Below are positions 50,774 through 60,744 of a DNA stretch of 64,000 nt, in pieces. Every line of letters starts with the position of its first letter. The first letter of the stretch is position 1. The stretch comes from an uncultured delta proteobacterium (GTDB lineage: Bacteria > Desulfobacterota > RBG-13-43-22). The position numbers and the translations under genes were made by a program. The stretch covers positions 1 to 64,000 of the forward strand of contig CAVUPH010000016.1 of NCBI GenBank assembly GCA_963743305.1, written 5' to 3'. Below the pieces are notes generated by a model. That model was given only the letters and a program-made list of their open reading frames with translations, searched no databases and had not been told where the DNA came from.

Positions 50774-50831
50774 CCAATTTGTAGTATCTTGTTTAGAGGG
50801 TTGAGCAAAATGCTCAGAATTAAACATGTAA

Positions 50832-50992
50832 GAACCAGTCAAGAAATAAGCTATGCAATACCGCTGATATCTCCGTTTATGCTGAGCCTGTCGAAGCATG
50901 GCCGTATCTCACCCTTCGACTGCTCGACAGGCTCGCAGCTCAGGGCGAACGGTTGTAGGACCGCTTTGTCAAGTTTATTTGTTTACAGATCC
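50832..50992. mobile_element. MITE family A, copy 4
   Basis: GAACCAGTCAAGAAATAAG...GTTTACAGATCC flanked by TAA on both sides. Confidence 0.85.
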
Positions 50993-51017
50993 TAAGACCC
51001 TAAGCATCGGAGCCGTC

Positions 51018-52163
51018 ATGGATTTTTCCTTCACTGCAGAGCAGCTTCTTTTCAAGGAACAGGTGCTGAAATTCGCTCGGAAAGAGATTGTTCCCCGCTG
51101 TCAGGAACACGACTTGAAAGGGGAATTCGATTACCAGTCTTTTCGCAAGTTAGGCGAGTTCGGCATCTTGGGACTGCATTTCCCGGAGGAACTGGGCGGC
51201 AGCGGCGCTGATGTGGTCACCTCGGCCTTAGCCGCCGAGGCGCTGGGCGAGGCCGGGGTGGATGGAGGGCTCACCCTTTCCTACGGCGCCCATACCTATT
51301 TGTGCGCCGACACCATCTTCACCCACGGCACGGAGGAACAACGCCGGAAATATGTCCCCAAGCTGGCCGGCGGGGAATGGATCGGCTGCATGGGCCTGAC
51401 CGAACCGGGGGCCGGTTCGGATGTCTCGGCCTTATCCACCAGGGCCTTGCGGGATGGGGACCGATATATCCTGAACGGTTCGAAGATGTTTATCACCAAC
51501 GGACCTATCGCCGATGTGGCCGTGATTTATGCCCGGACCTCCTCCGCGGGGGAACGGCACGAGGGGATCTCGGCCTTCATTGTGGAAAAGGGGACCCCGG
51601 GCTTCTCCGCCGGAAAAAAACTGAATAAAATGGGGGTCCGAAGTTCTTACACCTCCGCGTTGCATTTCGAAGATTGCGCTGTTCCAACAGAAAATCTTTT
51701 GGGCCAGGAAGGAATGGGATTCCTGATGGCCATGCAGACCGTGGAGTGGGACCGAAGCACCCTGATGGCCCCCTTTATTGGGGGCTTAAGCTTCATCCTG
51801 GAAAAGTCTTGCCGCTATAGTCGGGAACGGGTCCAGTTCGGTCGGCCCATTGCCGAGTTCCAGGCGGTCAAACATAAAATCGCCGACATCCGGATCTTCC
51901 TGGAGGCGGCTCGCGCCTTGGTGTACCGTATCGCCTGGTGCAAGGACCAGGGCCGACCCTTGAACCATCTGGAGGCGGCGGTGGCCAAGCTCTTCGTGGG
52001 CGACTGGAGTCTGGTCCCGACCAATAACGCCGTCATCATCCACGGAGGCTACGGCTACTGCCACGAATATGATGTGGAGCGGACTTTCCGGGACAGCCGC
52101 CTGGCGCCGATCGGCGGCGGGACCTCCGAAGTCCAGAAGATGATCATCTCCCGTTTAATGTAA
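51018..52163 (+). CDS. Acyl-CoA dehydrogenase (isovaleryl-CoA dehydrogenase-like)
   Basis: GCMGLTEPGAGSDV, LNGSKMFITNG, ERVQFGRPI, HGGYGY, IGGGTSE; start taken at MDFSFT. Confidence 0.92.
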   Translation: MDFSFTAEQLLFKEQVLKFARKEIVPRCQEHDLKGEFDYQSFRKLGEFGILGLHFPEELGGSGADVVTSALAAEALGEAGVDGGLTLSYGAHTYLCADTIFTHGTEEQRRKYVPKLAGGEWIGCMGLTEPGAGSDVSALSTRALRDGDRYILNGSKMFITNGPIADVAVIYARTSSAGERHEGISAFIVEKGTPGFSAGKKLNKMGVRSSYTSALHFEDCAVPTENLLGQEGMGFLMAMQTVEWDRSTLMAPFIGGLSFILEKSCRYSRERVQFGRPIAEFQAVKHKIADIRIFLEAARALVYRIAWCKDQGRPLNHLEAAVAKLFVGDWSLVPTNNAVIIHGGYGYCHEYDVERTFRDSRLAPIGGGTSEVQKMIISRLM

Positions 52164-52177
52164 CCAGGGGAAGACCG

Positions 52178-53329
52178 ATGAATTTTGATTTGGATGAGCG
52201 TCAAAATCAAATCCGGAAGGCGTTGCGGAGTCTCTTGACCGAGGAAGCCGAGTTGACCGGTGACTTCGACAGCCAAAACCTGACGGGCCTTTCCCGGGCC
52301 TACCGGCATCTTCTGAAAAAGCTGGCCGGCAGCGGCTATTTGGAAATCGGACTGACCCCCGAGCCGGCCGGACGATCGCCTTATGCCGACCTGAGTACCG
52401 CGGTGCTGGCCGGTGAACCCTTCGCCGAGGTCTTCCCCGATATCTATCTGGGCATTGAGATCAGCAGTCGGGTCGTGGGCGGATTGTTAGCTCGTTACGG
52501 CAGCGAGGTCCTCAAAGACCGCTATCTGGCGCCGCTGCTCAAGGGGGAGCTCCTGGGGACTGTAGCCCTGAGCGAATCGTTGAGCAACTTCCCGTCGGCA
52601 AAGTTAACGACTCAGGCCGTAATGCGGGGGGAGGACTTCCTGCTCAACGGGACCAGGAAAGGGGTCATTAACGGTTCTCTGGCCGACCTCATCATCGTTC
52701 CGGCCTGGCTGGGTGAGCAAACCGCCCTGTTGATTGTTCCGTCCTCCCAAGAGGGGCTGGCCCCCTCGGAACCCTGCGCGGCTTTGGGGTATAAGGGCAT
52801 TGCCTTTTCCGACCTGGCGTTCCGGAATTGCAGTGTGGCCAAGGAAGAATGTATCGGTCTATTTGAGAGCCAGACCATCCGGTCCGAACTTCAGGTCAAA
52901 ATCAATCTGGCCATTACCGTTTCCTCCCTGGGGGTCATGCACCGGGCTTTGTACCGGGCCAAGGAATATGGCGCGGCCGCTGAGGAGGGGGAAAAGCCGC
53001 CTCTGGCCCATCAGGAATTTCGGTACCGGCTGGCGGAGATGTTCGCCCTTTACCAGACCGCGCAGCTTCTGGCCTATCGCGCGGCCTGGATGCTGGAGCA
53101 GGGGATAGTCGAGGCGAATACGGTAGTGGATTCCGCCAAGGTGTTTATCACCGAAGCGGCGGAGGAGGTGACCCGCGGGGCTATGCAGATCGCGGCCCTG
53201 GACGGTTACCTGGGTAGCAATACCCTGGAAGCGGGTTTTCGGGATGCCCGCTTCGGTCCGGTGGCCGGAGAATCCTCGGAAGTGCTGCGGATGCGGATCG
53301 CGAATGATTGTTTGAGGAAATATGCGTGA
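52178..53329 (+). CDS. Divergent acyl-CoA dehydrogenase subunit
   Basis: ACAD fold motifs present but degenerate (ALSES, LNGTRKGVING, AALDGY, VAGESSE). Confidence 0.8.
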   Translation: MNFDLDERQNQIRKALRSLLTEEAELTGDFDSQNLTGLSRAYRHLLKKLAGSGYLEIGLTPEPAGRSPYADLSTAVLAGEPFAEVFPDIYLGIEISSRVVGGLLARYGSEVLKDRYLAPLLKGELLGTVALSESLSNFPSAKLTTQAVMRGEDFLLNGTRKGVINGSLADLIIVPAWLGEQTALLIVPSSQEGLAPSEPCAALGYKGIAFSDLAFRNCSVAKEECIGLFESQTIRSELQVKINLAITVSSLGVMHRALYRAKEYGAAAEEGEKPPLAHQEFRYRLAEMFALYQTAQLLAYRAAWMLEQGIVEANTVVDSAKVFITEAAEEVTRGAMQIAALDGYLGSNTLEAGFRDARFGPVAGESSEVLRMRIANDCLRKYA

Positions 53330-53376
53330 AGAATTCGGCAAAGTGCAAAGGCCAGAGTAAAAGTGGGCAAGGGCTC

Positions 53377-53474
53377 GTCATTGCGAGCGAAGCGAAGCAA
53401 TCTCCCGGTCGAGCTTGGGGAGCGTTGTAAGCCAAATCGGGGGATTGCTTCGTCGCTTCCCTTCTCGCAATGAC
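53377..53474. repeat. REP-like hairpin family B
   Basis: GTCATTGCGAGCGAAGCGAAGCAATCT...GATTGCTTCGTCGC...CTCGCAATGAC; copies at ~49817-49903 and 59093-59189. Confidence 0.85.
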
Positions 53475-53591
53475 AGTATGATTGCAGCAGGGGGTAGGTC
53501 AAGCGAAGCGGATCCACCAGCTACGCGTGTCAGGACCGAATAGCTTTATCGGTCTTATGGAAAAACCTACCTAACAGGATCGGTCAAGAAT

Positions 53592-55208
53592 ATGGAAGTC
53601 ATCGAAACCAGAATCGATAAGAATTCTGCCGAATTCCGGGGAAACGAGGAGCACAACCGGAACTTGGTGGCCAGACTCCAGGAAGCCTTGCACCAGGCTC
53701 GGGAAGAGCGCTCGGAAAAGGCCCTGGTCCGAATGCGCGAGCAGGGAAAGCTTTCGGTCCGGGAACGGCTGGATCTATTATTGGACAAGAATACCCCTTT
53801 TCTGGAGATCGCCCCCCTGGCCGCTTTTGATATGTATGATAAGAAAGTACACGCGGCCGGGATCATCGCCGGGATCGGAGTGGTGGAAGGACGGGAAGTG
53901 CTGGTCCATGCCAATGATTCCCTGATCAAAGGCGGGACCATTTATCCCCTGGGGGTTAAGAAGGGCCTGCGGATCCAGACCATCTGCATGGAAAACCGTT
54001 TGCCGGTGGTCAACCTGGTGGACTCCGGCGGGGCCTACCTGCCTCTGCAATCGGAAATTTTTCCCGATGCCGACGACGGCGGCCGGATTTTTTACAACCA
54101 GGCGATCATCTCCAAGATGGGCATCCCCCAGATCTGCGGGGTCATGGGCCTGTGCACAGCCGGAGCGGCTTACATTCCGGCTATGAGCGATGAGGTGGTC
54201 CAGGTCAAAGGAACCGGAGCCATTTTTTTGGGCGGCCCGCCGTTGGTGCTGGCCGCCACCGGGGAGGAAGTAACGGCCGACGAACTGGGCGGTGCCAATG
54301 TGCATTGCCGCCAGTCCGGGGTCTCCGACTATTTTGCCGAGGACGACGCCCACTGCATCGATTTGATTCGACAGATCGTCAAGAACCTGCCTCCGGCACA
54401 AAAAGCCGAGGTCGGGCAGCGGGCGGCGCGGCCCCCGGTCTATGAGCCGAAAGAGTTGTACGGGATCATTCCCCAGCGGATCAGCACCCCTTATGACGTC
54501 AGAGAGGTCATCGCCCGGATGGTGGACGGAAGCGAATTCCTGGAATTCAAGGCCTTATACGGGCCGACCCTGGTCTGCGGCTGGGCCTACATCCATGGCT
54601 ACCCCGTAGGCATCCTCGGCAATAACGGTATTCTTTTTTCCGACAGCGCCCTCAAGGCCACCCAGTTCATCCAGCTTTGCGATAAAAGGGGAATTCCCTT
54701 GCTGTTTTTGCAGAACATCGCCGGGTATATCATCGGAAAAGAATACGAACGGATCGGCATCACCAAGGACGGGCATAAGATGGTCAACGCCGTAGCCACG
54801 GCCACGGTGCCCAAGTTTACCGTAATCCTCGGGGCTTCCTTCGGGGCCGGCAATTACGGCATGTGCGGCCGGGCCTATTCGCCGCGTTTTTTATGGATGT
54901 GGCCGAACGCCCAGATCGGGGTTATGGGCGGAGAACAGGCCGCCGATGTACTGATCACCGTTAAAAACGACCAGTTGGCCCGGGAAGGGCAACCGCCTCT
55001 GCCGAAGGAAATGGTGGAGCAGATCCGCGGGCCGATCATCGCCTCGGCCTTTCGGGAAGGCAACGCCTACTACTCCACGTCCAACCTTTGGGACGACGGA
55101 ATCCTGGATCCGGCCAAGACCCGGGACGTGCTGGGGCTGGCCATCTCGGCCGCCCTGAATGCGCCGATTCGCAGTGGGGCCTATGGATACGGCACGTTCA
55201 GGATGTAA
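53592..55208 (+). CDS. Methylcrotonyl/geranyl-CoA carboxylase carboxyltransferase (beta) subunit
   Basis: LVDSGGAYLP.Q...F, CTAGAAY.PAMSD, FLGGPPLV, GSFGAGNYGMCGRAYSPRF. Confidence 0.92.
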   Translation: MEVIETRIDKNSAEFRGNEEHNRNLVARLQEALHQAREERSEKALVRMREQGKLSVRERLDLLLDKNTPFLEIAPLAAFDMYDKKVHAAGIIAGIGVVEGREVLVHANDSLIKGGTIYPLGVKKGLRIQTICMENRLPVVNLVDSGGAYLPLQSEIFPDADDGGRIFYNQAIISKMGIPQICGVMGLCTAGAAYIPAMSDEVVQVKGTGAIFLGGPPLVLAATGEEVTADELGGANVHCRQSGVSDYFAEDDAHCIDLIRQIVKNLPPAQKAEVGQRAARPPVYEPKELYGIIPQRISTPYDVREVIARMVDGSEFLEFKALYGPTLVCGWAYIHGYPVGILGNNGILFSDSALKATQFIQLCDKRGIPLLFLQNIAGYIIGKEYERIGITKDGHKMVNAVATATVPKFTVILGASFGAGNYGMCGRAYSPRFLWMWPNAQIGVMGGEQAADVLITVKNDQLAREGQPPLPKEMVEQIRGPIIASAFREGNAYYSTSNLWDDGILDPAKTRDVLGLAISAALNAPIRSGAYGYGTFRM

Positions 55209-55247
55209 CGCTGAAAGGCGTAATATTCCACTGCCCAGGAAAAGGTC

Positions 55248-55334
55248 GTCATCCCGGACAAGCGAAGCGGGATCCGGAATCCAGGGCCGTTGGGGCTTCA
55301 AATGCCCTAGATCCCGGATCAAGTCCGGGATGAC
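55248..55334. repeat. REP-like hairpin family C
   Basis: GTCATCCCGGAC...GATCCGGAATCCAG...GATCCCGGATCAAGTCCGGGATGAC; related copy at ~62596-62704. Confidence 0.8.
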
Positions 55335-55370
55335 GGTAAAGACAAATGCCTAAAAAAGGTTTTCGAGGTT

Positions 55371-56858
55371 ATGTTTAAAAAAGTTCTTATCGCCAATCGC
55401 GGGGAAATCGCCGTCCGGATCATCCGCACCTGCCGGGAAATGGGCATCCAAACCGTAGCGGTTTATTCCGAGGCGGATAAAACGGCCCTCCACGTCCTGG
55501 AGGCCGAAGAGGCCGTCGGTCTGGGCTCGGCCGAGCCGATCCAGAGCTACCTGAACATCGATCGCCTGCTGGAGGCCGCCCGGCAAACGGGGGCCGAGGC
55601 GATTCATCCCGGATACGGCTTTCTGGCGGAAAACCCGGAATTTGCCGAACGCTGTCAGCAAGCGAACATCGTTTTTATCGGCCCTCCGGCCAGGGCCATC
55701 CGTGACTTGGGCAGCAAGACGACGGCCCGAACTATTATGCTTCAGACCGGGGTGCCGGTTATACCCGGCCTGAACCAGACTTCCGTGGACCTGCGGGTCT
55801 TTTCCCGGGAGGCCGAGCGTTTGAAGTATCCGGTCATTATCAAGGCCGCCGCCGGAGGGGGAGGCAAGGGGATGCGGACCGTCTACGATCCGGGCGATTT
55901 GGCGGAGGCCTTTCAATCTTGCCAAAGCGAAGCGGAAAAGGCTTTCGGAGACGGGTCCCTTTATCTGGAGAAACATTTGGAAGGGCCGCGGCACGTGGAG
56001 TTTCAGGTCCTGGCCGACTCCTTCGGGAACGTAGTGCATCTTTTTGAGCGGGAATGTTCCATCCAGCGGCGTCACCAGAAGATCATCGAAGAAACCCCCT
56101 CGCCGGCGTTGACGCCGGATCTCCGACGGCAAATGGGGCAGGCGGCGGTGGCTGCCGCCCGGGCCTCGGGATACGTCAATGCGGGCACCGTAGAATTCTT
56201 ACTGGACCGGGAGGGGCGTTTCTACTTTCTGGAAGTGAACACCCGGTTGCAGGTGGAGCACCCCATTACCGAGGTCACGACCGGCCTCGATCTGGTCCGC
56301 TGCCAATTGGAAATCGCCGCCGGGCAGGCCCTGTCTTTCCGGCAGGAAGAGATCCAGCCCAGGGGCCATGCCATCGAATGCCGGATCTATGCCGAAGACC
56401 CGGAGGCCCAATTTTTCCCTTCTCCCGGGAAGATCCTCTATCTTCGGGAACCATCCGGACCCGGAATCCGGATGGACAGCGGGATCCGGGCCGGGTTCGA
56501 CGTGCCGATGGAATACGACCCCATATTAGCTAAACTGATCGTCTATGCCGAAAACCGGGAGGCGGCCCGGAAGCGGATGATCCGGGCGCTGGAAAATACC
56601 GTTATCTTGGGAATCCAGACCACGATTCCCTTTCTCCTGGAGGTATTTAAAACCACGGAATTCAAGGAAGGGCGGACCCGGACCGATTTCATCGACCGTC
56701 ATTTTGAGGGCTGGAAGCCGGATCGGGGGAAAGCCGACCTGGCCAGGATAGCCTTTGCGGTCCATGACCGGTCCCCGAGGGAAATCCCGGCCGGAGAAAA
56801 ACCCTCGGCGCCGGACAGAAGGGGTCCCTGGCAAACTCTGGGGGGATGGAGACTCTAG
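55371..56858 (+). CDS. Biotin carboxylase subunit
   Basis: LIANRGEIAVR, IHPGYGFLAEN, GGGGKGMR, RECSIQRRHQK, EVNTRLQVEHP. Confidence 0.95.
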   Translation: MFKKVLIANRGEIAVRIIRTCREMGIQTVAVYSEADKTALHVLEAEEAVGLGSAEPIQSYLNIDRLLEAARQTGAEAIHPGYGFLAENPEFAERCQQANIVFIGPPARAIRDLGSKTTARTIMLQTGVPVIPGLNQTSVDLRVFSREAERLKYPVIIKAAAGGGGKGMRTVYDPGDLAEAFQSCQSEAEKAFGDGSLYLEKHLEGPRHVEFQVLADSFGNVVHLFERECSIQRRHQKIIEETPSPALTPDLRRQMGQAAVAAARASGYVNAGTVEFLLDREGRFYFLEVNTRLQVEHPITEVTTGLDLVRCQLEIAAGQALSFRQEEIQPRGHAIECRIYAEDPEAQFFPSPGKILYLREPSGPGIRMDSGIRAGFDVPMEYDPILAKLIVYAENREAARKRMIRALENTVILGIQTTIPFLLEVFKTTEFKEGRTRTDFIDRHFEGWKPDRGKADLARIAFAVHDRSPREIPAGEKPSAPDRRGPWQTLGGWRL

Positions 56859-56859
56859 A

Positions 56860-57372
56860 ATGTCCGGGCGCTGCGAATTAAAAATCGGAAATGAGACCAA
56901 AACGCTGGAGTGGCTGCCGGGAGAAGATCCGGACCGGGCTCGGATCCTTATTGGCGAAGCGGAATATATGGTTTTCTTTCAGGCCGTCGATGACCACCAG
57001 GTCCTGATGCAGGTGGACGGGCGGCCGATTCGGGCCTTCGTCGCCGGGGACGCGAACAGGAAATATGTGTTTATCGATGGCGAGGTCTTTGGGGTCGAGG
57101 AATTGGATCAGGCCCGGAAACGAAAAAAACGGGCGGGCCTGGATGAAAGTCCGGGAGAGGTGACCCCCCCCATGCCCGCCGTGGTGATCCGCATTCTGGT
57201 TCAAGAGGGGGAGGAGGTCGTCAAAGGACAGGGCTTGGTGGTGGTCTCGGCCATGAAGATGGAAACGACCCTGAAGGCCCCTTTCGACGGCCTGGTGAAA
57301 AAGATAAATACCGCCTTGCAGGCCAAGGTCATGCCGGGAGACCGATTGATCGAGATCGAGGAAAGGAAGTAG
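56860..57372 (+). CDS. Biotin carboxyl carrier subunit
   Basis: PPMPAVV and SAMKME biotinylation motif; start taken at MSGRC. Confidence 0.88.
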   Translation: MSGRCELKIGNETKTLEWLPGEDPDRARILIGEAEYMVFFQAVDDHQVLMQVDGRPIRAFVAGDANRKYVFIDGEVFGVEELDQARKRKKRAGLDESPGEVTPPMPAVVIRILVQEGEEVVKGQGLVVVSAMKMETTLKAPFDGLVKKINTALQAKVMPGDRLIEIEERK

Positions 57373-57415
57373 CGACGGGCGCGTTTTAAGCCCGTCAGCG
57401 AGGTTATCAATAGTC

Positions 57416-58192
57416 ATGAGCGACGATCTCCTCTACGAAGTCAAAGATCAGACGGCCTTCCTGACCATTAACCGGGAAGACCGCCGCAACGCCATCAGCC
57501 AGGAAATGATCTCGACGTTTCATTCCTGCCTGGACCAGGCCGACCGGGATGAGACGGTTCGGGCCGTCTGTTTGACGGCTAAAGGGGACCGGGCCTTCTG
57601 TTCGGGGGCCGACTTGGGCCTCACCCTGGCCGGGGAAGGGGAAGACCGGTTGGCCGGGGCCAGGCATTATGCGGCTTTGATGAAAAAAATGTCCCGCTTC
57701 GGGAAGCCTACCGTGGCCCGGGTGAACGGTGCCTGTCTGGCCGGCGGATTGGGGCTGATGCTTTCCTGCGATATCGCCATCGCCCGCCAGGACGTCTCCT
57801 TCTGGACCCCGGAGGTCAACGTGGGGATATTCCCCATGATGGTGGGCGCTCTGCTGATCCGACAGGTGGGCTGGAAAAAGATGATGGATATGGTCTTGAC
57901 CGGGAGGAAGGTTCCGGCTGCGGAAGCGGAGCGGATCGGCCTGATTTCCCGGGCGGTGGCGCCGGAGCGCCTGGAGGAAGAGGTACAGGAGGTATTAAGG
58001 GGTCTGACGGCCAAGAGCCCGATAGGGTTGCGGATCGGGAAAGAGGCCTTTCGGGAAATGGCCGATAAGCCCTTCGACGACGCGGTGGACTATCTCTGCG
58101 AAGCACTGGGCCGGGCCGTTTCCACGGAAGATGCGCTGGAAGGCATGATGGCCTTTATCGAAAAACGGGAACCGAATTTCAGGGGCCGCTGA
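57416..58192 (+). CDS. Enoyl-CoA hydratase (crotonase family)
   Basis: INREDRRNA, FCSGADL, NGACLAGG, PEVNVG, AERIGLI. Confidence 0.92.
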   Translation: MSDDLLYEVKDQTAFLTINREDRRNAISQEMISTFHSCLDQADRDETVRAVCLTAKGDRAFCSGADLGLTLAGEGEDRLAGARHYAALMKKMSRFGKPTVARVNGACLAGGLGLMLSCDIAIARQDVSFWTPEVNVGIFPMMVGALLIRQVGWKKMMDMVLTGRKVPAAEAERIGLISRAVAPERLEEEVQEVLRGLTAKSPIGLRIGKEAFREMADKPFDDAVDYLCEALGRAVSTEDALEGMMAFIEKREPNFRGR

Positions 58193-59005
58193 ATGAATTT
58201 TGAATTAGGCCGAGATTATGATAGTCTCCGGATTGGTGACCGGGCTTCCTTTTCCAAAACGATTACCGAGTCCGATGTCTATCTGTTTGCCGGGATCAGC
58301 GGGGATTTTAATCCGCTGCATGTGAATGAGGAATTTGCCAAATTGACCCCTTTCCGGACCCGGATCGCCCACGGCGCCCTGCCTCAAAGTCTGATAGCCC
58401 CGGTGCTGGGGACCCAACTCCCCGGTTTGGGGACGGTCGCCGTAGAAATCACCACCCGGTTCAAGCGGCCGACATTTTTTGGCGACACCATTACCGCCAC
58501 GGCGGAAGTGGTGGAGAAAATCGAGGCCAGAAAGCGGGTCCGACTGGTCCTGACCTGGACCAACCAAAAAGGAGAAGTGATTTCCGAGGGGGAGGCAGTG
58601 GTTATTCCACCTCCGCGGATGGAAGATTTGATGAGTAAACCTAATGAGTCAAAAACCAAGAAAGAGGAGGAAACAAAAATGGGTTTTACCAATGTGAAGG
58701 AAGTGTTTGCCAAAATGTCGGAGGCCTTTAACGCCAATGCCGCCCAGGGATTGAACGCGGTTTTTCAGTTCGATATCACCGGCGATGACGGTGGAAAGTG
58801 GAACGTGGCGGTCAAGGACGGGGCCTGCGCGGTCAACGAAGGGGCCAGCGATGCCCCCACCGTCACCCTGACCATGGCGGCGGATACCTGGCTGGCAATG
58901 GTCAATAAGGAGTTGAACGGCATGCAGGCCTTTATGAGCGGCAAGCTGAAGGCTACCGGGGACATCATGCTGGCCCAGCGGTTTGCCACCATTTTCCCGG
59001 TTTAA
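58193..59005 (+). CDS. MaoC dehydratase in frame with an SCP2 lipid-binding domain (second start at 58679)
   Basis: FAGISGDFNPLH...RIAHG hydratase motif; SCP2 motif AFMSGKLKATGDIMLA; GAGGAGG RBS before the internal ATG at 58679. Confidence 0.85.
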   Translation: MNFELGRDYDSLRIGDRASFSKTITESDVYLFAGISGDFNPLHVNEEFAKLTPFRTRIAHGALPQSLIAPVLGTQLPGLGTVAVEITTRFKRPTFFGDTITATAEVVEKIEARKRVRLVLTWTNQKGEVISEGEAVVIPPPRMEDLMSKPNESKTKKEEETKMGFTNVKEVFAKMSEAFNANAAQGLNAVFQFDITGDDGGKWNVAVKDGACAVNEGASDAPTVTLTMAADTWLAMVNKELNGMQAFMSGKLKATGDIMLAQRFATIFPV

Positions 59006-59092
59006 GCAGTCGCCAAAGCAGGAACGGGTTCCCGATTAAACCCCCCAGCCCGGGACGGGTGCCCGCGAAGTGCTAAAATGACAGTTACCCTT

Positions 59093-59189
59093 GTCATTGC
59101 GAGAAGCGAAGCGACGAAGCAATCCCTCGGTTAGCGGGTAACATCTCCCAAGCTCGACTGAGAGATTGCTTCGCTTCGCTCGCAATGAC
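59093..59189. repeat. REP-like hairpin family B (inverted relative to the 53377 copy)
   Basis: Reverse complement aligns with 53377-53474 including the loop GTCGAGCTTGGG. Confidence 0.85.
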
Positions 59190-59254
59190 GGTAGAGTTCG
59201 GTTTTATTTTCGTATTAAACCTCCATGCCCCGCGGGGCACCCGCGAAGCATGAA

Positions 59255-59349
59255 AATGTCGAATAACGAATAACGAATTTCGAATGTTGAAGTAACTAAA
59301 AAAAGTCACATCGAAATTCGATATTCAGCGTTCGAAATTCGTTATTCGT
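59255..59349. repeat. Heptamer-periodic inverted repeat
   Basis: AATGTCG AATAACG AATAACG AATTTCG AATGTTG ... CGAAATT CGATATT CAGCGTT CGAAATT CGTTATT CG. Confidence 0.75.
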
Positions 59350-59385
59350 ATTTTTTATTTAGATACTAAGGAAAGCCGCCTTCCC

Positions 59386-60525
59386 ATGTCCTATCAGGAA
59401 TATTTCGGGGAAACCCACCGCTTAGTGCGGCAAACGGTCCGAAAGTTCGTTGAGAGGGAGATTAACCCTTACGTCAACGAATGGGAAGAACAGGGGGAGT
59501 TTCCCCGGGAGTTGTACCGCCGGGCCGGAGAGGCCGGAATCTTAGGGATCGGCTATCCGGAAGCGTTCGGCGGGAGCGCAGGCGACTTATTTTTAAAGGT
59601 GGCGGCCATCGAGGAAATCGCCCGCTGCGGGTCCGGGGGGGTAGCGGCCGGTCTGGGGTCATTGGATATCGGGCTTCCGCCGATACTCCGTTCCGGCCGG
59701 GAGAATCTGAAAAAACGTTTGATTCCGCCGATCCTGGCCGGAGAGAAAATTTGCGGCCTGGCCATCACCGAACCGAATGCCGGATCGGACGTGGGGGCCA
59801 TCCGAACCCGGGCCGTTCAGGAAGGGAAGATGTACCGGGTGAACGGCCGGAAGACCTTTATCACCAGCGGGGCTCGGGCCGATGTCTTGACCTGCGCGGT
59901 CCGGACCGGCGGTTCCGGACCCCATGGGGTCAGCCTCCTGGTGGTCGAAACCGACACCCCGGGGTTCGAGGTTACTCGGGTCTTGAAAAAGATGGGCTGG
60001 TGGGCCTCGGATACGGCCGAGCTGGTTTTTGAGGATTGCCTGGTACCGGTGGAAAACTTGCTGGGGGAGGAAGGCGAGGGCTTTTACGGGATCATGGCCA
60101 ACTTTCAGATGGAACGCCTGCAATTGGCCCTCCTGGCCAACATGACCGCCCAACTGGCCCTGGAGGAATCGTTAAAGTATGTGAAACAGCGGGAGGCCTT
60201 CGGCCGGCCCCTGGAAGGCTTTCAGGTGACCCGCCACAAGCTGGTGGATATGGCCACCTTGATCGAGGCCAGCCGTGAATTCACCTACCGCGTGGCGGCT
60301 AAAATCGAGGCCGGGTTGAACCCGGTCAAGGAAATTTCCATGGCTAAAAATTTTTCCTGTCAGGTCAGCGACCGGGTCACCTATGACGCGGTTCAGATTC
60401 ACGGGGGCTATGGCTATATGCGGGAATACCTGGTGGAGCGATTGTACCGGGATAACCGGATCCTGTCCATCGGAGGCGGGACCCAGGAGATCATGAAGGA
60501 AATTATCGGCAAGCTGATGTTTTGA
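59386..60525 (+). CDS. Acyl-CoA dehydrogenase (AtuD/citronellyl-CoA dehydrogenase-like)
   Basis: LAITEPNAGSDV, GRKTFITSG.RAD, KKMGWWASDTAEL, NFQ.ERL, IGGGTQEIM. Confidence 0.9.
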   Translation: MSYQEYFGETHRLVRQTVRKFVEREINPYVNEWEEQGEFPRELYRRAGEAGILGIGYPEAFGGSAGDLFLKVAAIEEIARCGSGGVAAGLGSLDIGLPPILRSGRENLKKRLIPPILAGEKICGLAITEPNAGSDVGAIRTRAVQEGKMYRVNGRKTFITSGARADVLTCAVRTGGSGPHGVSLLVVETDTPGFEVTRVLKKMGWWASDTAELVFEDCLVPVENLLGEEGEGFYGIMANFQMERLQLALLANMTAQLALEESLKYVKQREAFGRPLEGFQVTRHKLVDMATLIEASREFTYRVAAKIEAGLNPVKEISMAKNFSCQVSDRVTYDAVQIHGGYGYMREYLVERLYRDNRILSIGGGTQEIMKEIIGKLMF

Positions 60526-60744
60526 AACAGAGAGCAATCGGTCGGGGTTTGGCCCTGAGCAGGAGGCTGAGCCTTCCGGTCGTTGATTATATCAGGTAAC
60601 GGGTGGAAGGGTGATGCAACAGGATTCACCCACCCCCCCGGCCCCCTCCCGTCAAGGGAGGGGGAGGAAAGCAGTTTTTGGTCAACTAAAAGGCTTATAG
60701 GAATCGAAAATTTTTAGATCCAAAAAAAAGAAGGAGATTAAACC

